NCBI GenBank assembly: GCA_051294375.1
Contig: CM119270.1
Coordinates: 19,798,578 to 19,862,577 of the forward strand
Direction of reading: 5' to 3'
Origin: Paraspadella gotoi
Lineage: Eukaryota; Animalia; Chaetognatha
DNA: 64,000 nucleotides
Below, in pieces: positions 1 to 64,000 of this stretch. How positions within the stretch are numbered: the first letter of the stretch is position 1; every line of letters begins with the position of its first letter. The position numbers and the translations under genes were made by a program. The notes under the pieces were generated by a model. That model made no database searches. It was not told where the DNA came from and saw only the letters and a list, made by a program, of their open reading frames with translations.

Positions 1-827
1 TTTCACGCTACTGCTAGAAAACTTAAACAATATTTTAAAAAGCATTTTATCAGCACTTTGTAACATTTAATGTTTATTAACAAAAAGGAAAAAAAAGAAA
101 TAATTTAATATATTTTATAATTTTGTTTAGGCGCGTCTTGGAAAGTAAACAGTCACGAGTCAACCTCTTCCATTGTACTTAAAAGGTCAGTATTTCTATT
201 TCCAACTACTATTTATACTAGTAATACTAATTCTTAAAACTAAATATTTTCAGTCAATTCGTGGCGTGTTTAGTCTCCCAAAAAAAAAAAAGCTTCAACG
301 ACAAAAAAAATTTAAACAAAAACTTTTATAACAACAACAACAACAACAACAACAATCCAGTTCTGCATCGGCCCAAAAAAAATCACAAAAAAATATTCTC
401 CACGAACACACACGCCAAAAAAAGACAATAAACTCAAGAATCATAATTTGCACTCCTCTATATATATATATAGTATATATAAACAAATTTAAAGTTTAGG
501 AAACAAAAAAAATTCGTTTTAAACTTCACCTCAAAAAATTAAAAAAAAACAAAAAACAAAAAAAAACAAAAGCTCAACTGAAAAAAAAACGAACTTGAAC
601 GCACCCAATTTGTCCTCACCCTTTTATCTCCCACCCTCGGAAAAAGGACAAACCGCCCCCCCAAAAAAAAAATATTCACCCGATCTTATTTTTCAAAATT
701 CCCCAAATCTTACTCCAAAAAAAAACCGAAAATCTTCGGCTCCAAACGTGAAATAAAATAAACAAACCAAAAATATAATTTACTCAAAAAAACAAAACAA
801 AGTAAAAAAAAAACAATTAAAAGCAAA

Positions 828-10162
<9,335 letters not shown>

Positions 10163-11732
10163 CCTCGCGCTCGATTCGCGGCCCTCAAGAAAAAAGGGGG
10201 CTTCGCGCTACGTGGAAAAAAGGAAAGGAAAAGGGGGCTGCGCGCGGCCCGTATGGCTCCACGCGCCCCGTAAAAAGATCCCTAGTCGCGTCCACTCGGG
10301 CAGCGCCCCTCGCAGCCAATACATAAAACTAAATTGTAAACATAAAAAAATTTAAAAAAAAAATGCGTCGTGTCTCCAGTTAATAAAAACTAAAAAGAAC
10401 AACAACAACAACAACCAAAAACGAAACGTGAGGATTTTGAAAAAAAAACGAAAAAATGAAAATATTAACAAGAGTTTATGAGAACTAAGTTTGTTTGTTA
10501 AAAATAAAGGATATTAATATCGGGTATTTACTATGAAAAGATAATAGTGAAAAAAATTAAGAGGACGGTTTTCTTACTTAATAATGTTANNNNNNNNNNN
10601 NNNNNNNNNNNNNNNNNNNNNNNNNNNNNNNNNNNNNNNNNNNNNNNNNNNNNNNNNNNNNNNNNNNNNNNNNNNNNNNNNNNNNNNNNNNNNNNNNNNN
10701 NNNNNNNNNNNNNNNNNNNNNNNNNNNNNNNNNNNNNNNNNNNNNNNNNNNNNNNNNNNNNNNNNNNNNNNNNNNNNNNNNNNNNNNNNNNNNNNNNNNN
10801 NNNNNNNNNNNNNNNNNTGGAAAATAAAAAAAGTACAAGAAAATAAAAAAGAGAGTATCAATGTTGATGGAATATATTTGATCGTCGCCGCCATCTTGGT
10901 TTTTTTTTTTACAATCCCTTCGATGTAAAGTGGCGTAAAAATGGCACAGATCGATGAAAAATCGCAAGTCATAAATTTTTAGTATATATACGGAAATGAT
11001 CACCGCGTTTGTCCGAGATGATTCTGTTTTATACCTAGATTTGCTCTCTCTCTCTCTCTCTTTCTCTCTCNNNNNNNNNNNNNNNNNNNNNNNNNNNNNN
11101 NNNNNNNNNNNNNNNNNNNNNNNNNNNNNNNNNNNNNNNNNNNNNNNNNNNNNNNNNNNNNNNNNNNNNNNNNNNNNNNNNNNNNNNNNNNNNNNNNNNN
11201 NNNNNNNNNNNNNNNNNNNNNNNNNNNNNNNNNNNNNNNNNNNNNNNNNNNNNNNNNNNNNNNNNNNNNNNNNNNNNNNNNNNNNNNNNNNNNNNNNNNN
11301 NNNNNNNNNNNNNNNNNNNNNNNNNNNNNNNNNNNNNNNNTCCCTCCCTCTACCCAATCCTAAACTTTTAAACTTTTTTTTAATTAAGATAAGTCGTAAA
11401 TGTTTACGATTTAATCATTTAAGTGGTTGATATTTGTTTAATTTTTATTTTCTGCTCCCTTTCCATACTATTTAAACATATGCGTAATATTTGTGGATTT
11501 GAAGCCCATCATTACCTTTATTGTGCCATCGTGAGATATTGAGGTTGTTTTATTGCTTGGTCGTCTTAAAGTTTTTTGTTAAGGCGTTCGCTGACTTTAA
11601 AACTTGAGACATCAGTTTGTTTTTTTTTTTTATCAATATGCCTTCGCTCTTATTGTATTTTTTTATTGCGAGTAAGAGCTTTTTTATTCGAAGGTATATA
11701 TGAGCCTAATTTATTTTGTAAGGACGATAGCC

Positions 11733-11765
<33 letters not shown>

Positions 11766-12525
11766 NNNNNNNNNNNNNNNNNNNNNNNNNNNNNNNNNNN
11801 NNNNNNNNNNNNNNNNNNNNNNNNNNNNNNNNNNNNNNNNNNNNNNNNNNNNNNNNNNNNNNNNNNNNNNNNNNNNNNNNNNNNNNNNNNNNNNNNNNNN
11901 NNNNNNNNNNNNNNNNNNNNNNNNNNNNNNNNNNNNNNNNNNNNNNNNNNNNNNNNNNTCTTGCCGTCTTTCAATCTTTCTCGCTCACTACTTTGTGACC
12001 CCTGACCTTTGTTGATATGAATTCTAGAATTTACAAGAGATTTCAGACAAGAGTGATGCTATGAAATAAAAAAATATATATATATATCCCCGGCTTTCTC
12101 AATGTGGCTCCAGAGTAATCATTGAGACGAAGCTCGTATTTTTTTACGATATATGAATAGAGAAGGTGGAAGATTAAAGACATTTAAACATCTACATCAA
12201 TTTCTTCACCTTCTTACGAACGTTAAGAAAAAAAAAACGCTCTGCTTTTAATATAATAAAAAAGAAAACGAAACAAAATTCACGTTGGAGTCGAAAAAAA
12301 GAAAAAGAACCAAAAACGGAAAAGAAAAAAAAAAAACTTTCCGTCTTGTTTGCAAACTCCTCCCCCCCCCTTCCGCCCCACCCCGTCCCGCCCTCCGTCA
12401 CCCATGTCCTCTCCCACCCCCTACCGAAAAAAACGCAATTATAGTGTACAATATCATGATAGTTTTATGTGATGTAGTTTCGTCTGACGCGCTTGCTAGT
12501 TATTGAATATTTTTATTCTTTCGTT

Positions 12526-12592
<67 letters not shown>

Positions 12593-13062
12593 GTGCTCTT
12601 CTTCTTCTTTCCTCTTCGCTTTTGCTCATTATTACTATTATGAATCTAACTTGGCCGATCCGACGCGATTTAAAAACAATTCAGTTCTGTGTCGGCGACA
12701 AAAGTTAAACGACAAAACTATAACAATAAGTATATATATATATAATTCCTTGAGAGTTGTCGGGTCCTTCGCTTTGACGGACGCCATAAACTCTTCCCCT
12801 CCTCCTCCTCTTCCTCCTCCTCATCCTCCTCCCTCTTCCCGACAATATTCGAGCACCAATTAAGTAAGATAATTGAGCACAACTTTATTAGAATTAATTT
12901 CTTCATCCTTCGCTTAAAAACTTACCTTGAGAACTCACCTTTGAGAACTTACCTTGAGAACTCACCTCCTTTTTATTCTTATCCCCAAATCGGTTTTTTT
13001 TTTCTTTTCAATTCGTCGATCGAAATATTTTTTTTTATTAGGATTGTTATTTTTAAATCTAA

Positions 13063-13339
13063 GGCTCTCTTTTCTAAAAGTGCCCAATTTCCTGAATATA
13101 GTTTTAAATTTGATATTTAACCATAAACTAATTCAAAACGATAATCCTTAACCAAAATGTAACCGTTAACCCGAACCTTAATTTCTAGCCTTTAAACTCA
13201 GTGTTCCTATCCTTAATCAATAACCCTAACCACTAACTTAAATCTTCAAATTTATCCTTAACCTAGTTTTTTAATGAAAAAAAAACGAACCTAATTCTAA
13301 GTTTAAGATAAAAATGGGGCGCTTTGGGAAAATGAGGCC
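13063..13339. mobile_element. MITE/foldback-like element, family A copy 2
   Basis: GGCTCTCTTTTCTAAAAGTGCCCAATTT ... AAAATGGGGCGCTTTGGGAAAATGAGGCC with internal CCTAAC-like repeats. Confidence 0.7.
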
Positions 13340-14276
13340 GAACTGCTTTGACCGTAATATTTCCTTTTTTTTTCGATAAAATTCTCCAATTATTTCGTTT
13401 AATTAATAAAATCAATTTAAAACAATTTGTTAAATGCGAAAGTACAGTGCGAACTTTTTTCTTTTTTTAAGAATCGGCAGCGATTTGCTGTAAAAAATCT
13501 CGCTCTCTATCTTATCTGATTGGTTAATGCTTGTTGTTTTATTTAGATTATGTTGCATGCCATGTTTTCCAGGACATCTTAAGACACATAAAATGACAAT
13601 CTTTTTTCCCTCCTTTATGTTTATATATCTTTCAACTTATAATGAAGAAGTTATAAATTTTAAATTGAGGCAAAATCCCGTATGCTAATTTTTATTTTTA
13701 AACGTTTTTTTAAAATATTACCTTTTTAATTATTAAGAATTCGGATATTGATCAAAAGTTAAATTCTTCGCTCAACTTTGAAAACTAAATTATTTTTTTG
13801 TTGTAAAAAAAAAATAAAAAAATCTCCCGCTCTATTTTTGTCTATCATTTCCAATCTTTGCATCATTAAAAACATTTGATGAAAACGTTTATTATTATTA
13901 GCTTACAGTACATAATTTCCTCACGAAAAAAAATGTTCCTTATTTCTCGACTTGAGCATTTGCGAAAAAAAAGAAATCGTTAAGGCTTATTACATTATTC
14001 TGATTCCTAGTTATTGTAATTTTACATTTTTTTTATGTTAATGATTAAAGGAATTCAGAGTGTCTGGTACACTTAATATTAATTAAAAAAATCACTCGCG
14101 TAAATTTTGACCGTCACCAGGTCAAAAAAAAAAATGACGTAAATATAAAAAGAATATTGTTCAATGTTAAGTTTTTTTTTCAGTTTTTCACTTATCTTTC
14201 ATTTTATTTTTTAATTAGATCATTTTATGTATGTGATGACTCTTTCTGTATGTGTCCATTGTAATTTAACCTGTCT

Positions 14277-14290
14277 CAATAAAACTGTCT
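14277..14290 (+). promoter_or_regulatory. Candidate polyadenylation signal of a long GNB 3' UTR
   Basis: AATAAA at 14278-14283 after ~4 kb of AT-rich non-coding sequence and just before the convergent bark-like 3' end. Position alone, no transcript support. Confidence 0.3.
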
Positions 14291-14960
14291 TATCATCGAT
14301 GAGTTTTAATCAACAACAAACGTTAGCGAGTTTATTTTAAAAATCCGGTTTTTCAACGCTGAAACATTTCATTACAATGATAATTCTTTGTACATTTAAT
14401 GGCGCATTAGGGGCTAGAATTCTGGCCGTTGGGGGAAAAGAACATGAATTTGTGCGTAGCTCAGCAAAATATCGAGTGTGAATTCGCAAAGAGAAAAATC
14501 AACTTGCGTTATTCTGCCATTTGTTTATTATTCACACCATCGACGAAAGGGGTCTGTACAAGCGGGGATACGAGTTTTTTCAAACGGAAACAAAAGACAA
14601 GCGAATTTATTGAGAAAAAAGAATTAGAGCTAAAATGCCAAGGAACGTCATGAAAACACAAAACCCGAGATCAGAAATGATTTCTATTATCTTTATTCCG
14701 ATAATTCAACCCCCAATAATTAAAAGTGAAAAAGTTAATTGACCATGTTGAGAAATACAAATTATCTGGCCTCCCGACGCCAAATTGTCTTTCTTAAAAT
14801 GAGGGATTTCTTGCTTGGACCGGTATCAGTTAATGGGGTCTCCAATGCCCTCGAAGGCCTCCAAGCCTCCCTTTTAGAATGGCCTCTAAGACCCTTTATG
14901 GCCTCTTAATGCCCCCTACCTCCCAGCCCCCCTCAATTCCCAGCTCCATCCCCAACCCCT

Positions 14961-63689
<48,729 letters not shown>

Positions 63690-64000
63690 NNNNNNNNNNG
63701 ATAGAAGGAAATTAGCGAATTACTCTGACCACGATATGATACATTCGCTTGACGGATTATTTCACTGTGTGGCTGATTAGCGCTAATCTTAAAAAAGTCA
63801 CATTACTAGTGGTCATAATTTGTTGTCTTTACTCGCTGAGACACTGGATCAGGACTCGGAGAACATTGATTAATTGCGGCAATTTCCGGTTGCAAACCCA
63901 AAGTTACGATACAATACAATAAAAAAAACTTCAATACAAAGGCTTTGATTTTAAAAGCTTTGAATTTAAATTCCTAATTTTTAAAACGACTATATGTCAT

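Noticed and set aside
10547-12005. ORFs spanning N runs
   Set aside because: Artefacts of translating assembly gaps.

Overview
Animal (invertebrate) genomic DNA from a draft assembly with many indel errors and long-read gap-fill artefacts. The left end holds a G-protein beta subunit gene (+, 828-10162), interrupted by a noisy fold-back duplication. Most of the window (14961 to at least 63689, minus strand) is the 3' part of one bark beetle/anakonda-like gene: parallel beta-helix repeats, SRCR, CUB-like, C-type lectin, a TM helix and a long Pro-rich tail ending in a PDZ motif. Three of its introns each carry an antisense nested gene. (i) A ~3,600-aa protein with cupredoxin-fold repeats lacking copper ligands, an FN3 array and a WCSAC thioredoxin-like domain, including a 6.4-kb AT-rich exon. 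(ii) A small signal-peptide protein with a WIF-like or Gla-propeptide-like N-terminus and a possible GPI tail (tentative). (iii) A modular LDLa-trypsin serine protease. Also seen: two MITE-like families (one present in only one of two copies of a locus), minisatellites built from 5' splice sites, and G-rich 5' / C-rich 3' polarity in introns. All exon models were made by eye and family assignments come from remembered motifs, not database searches.
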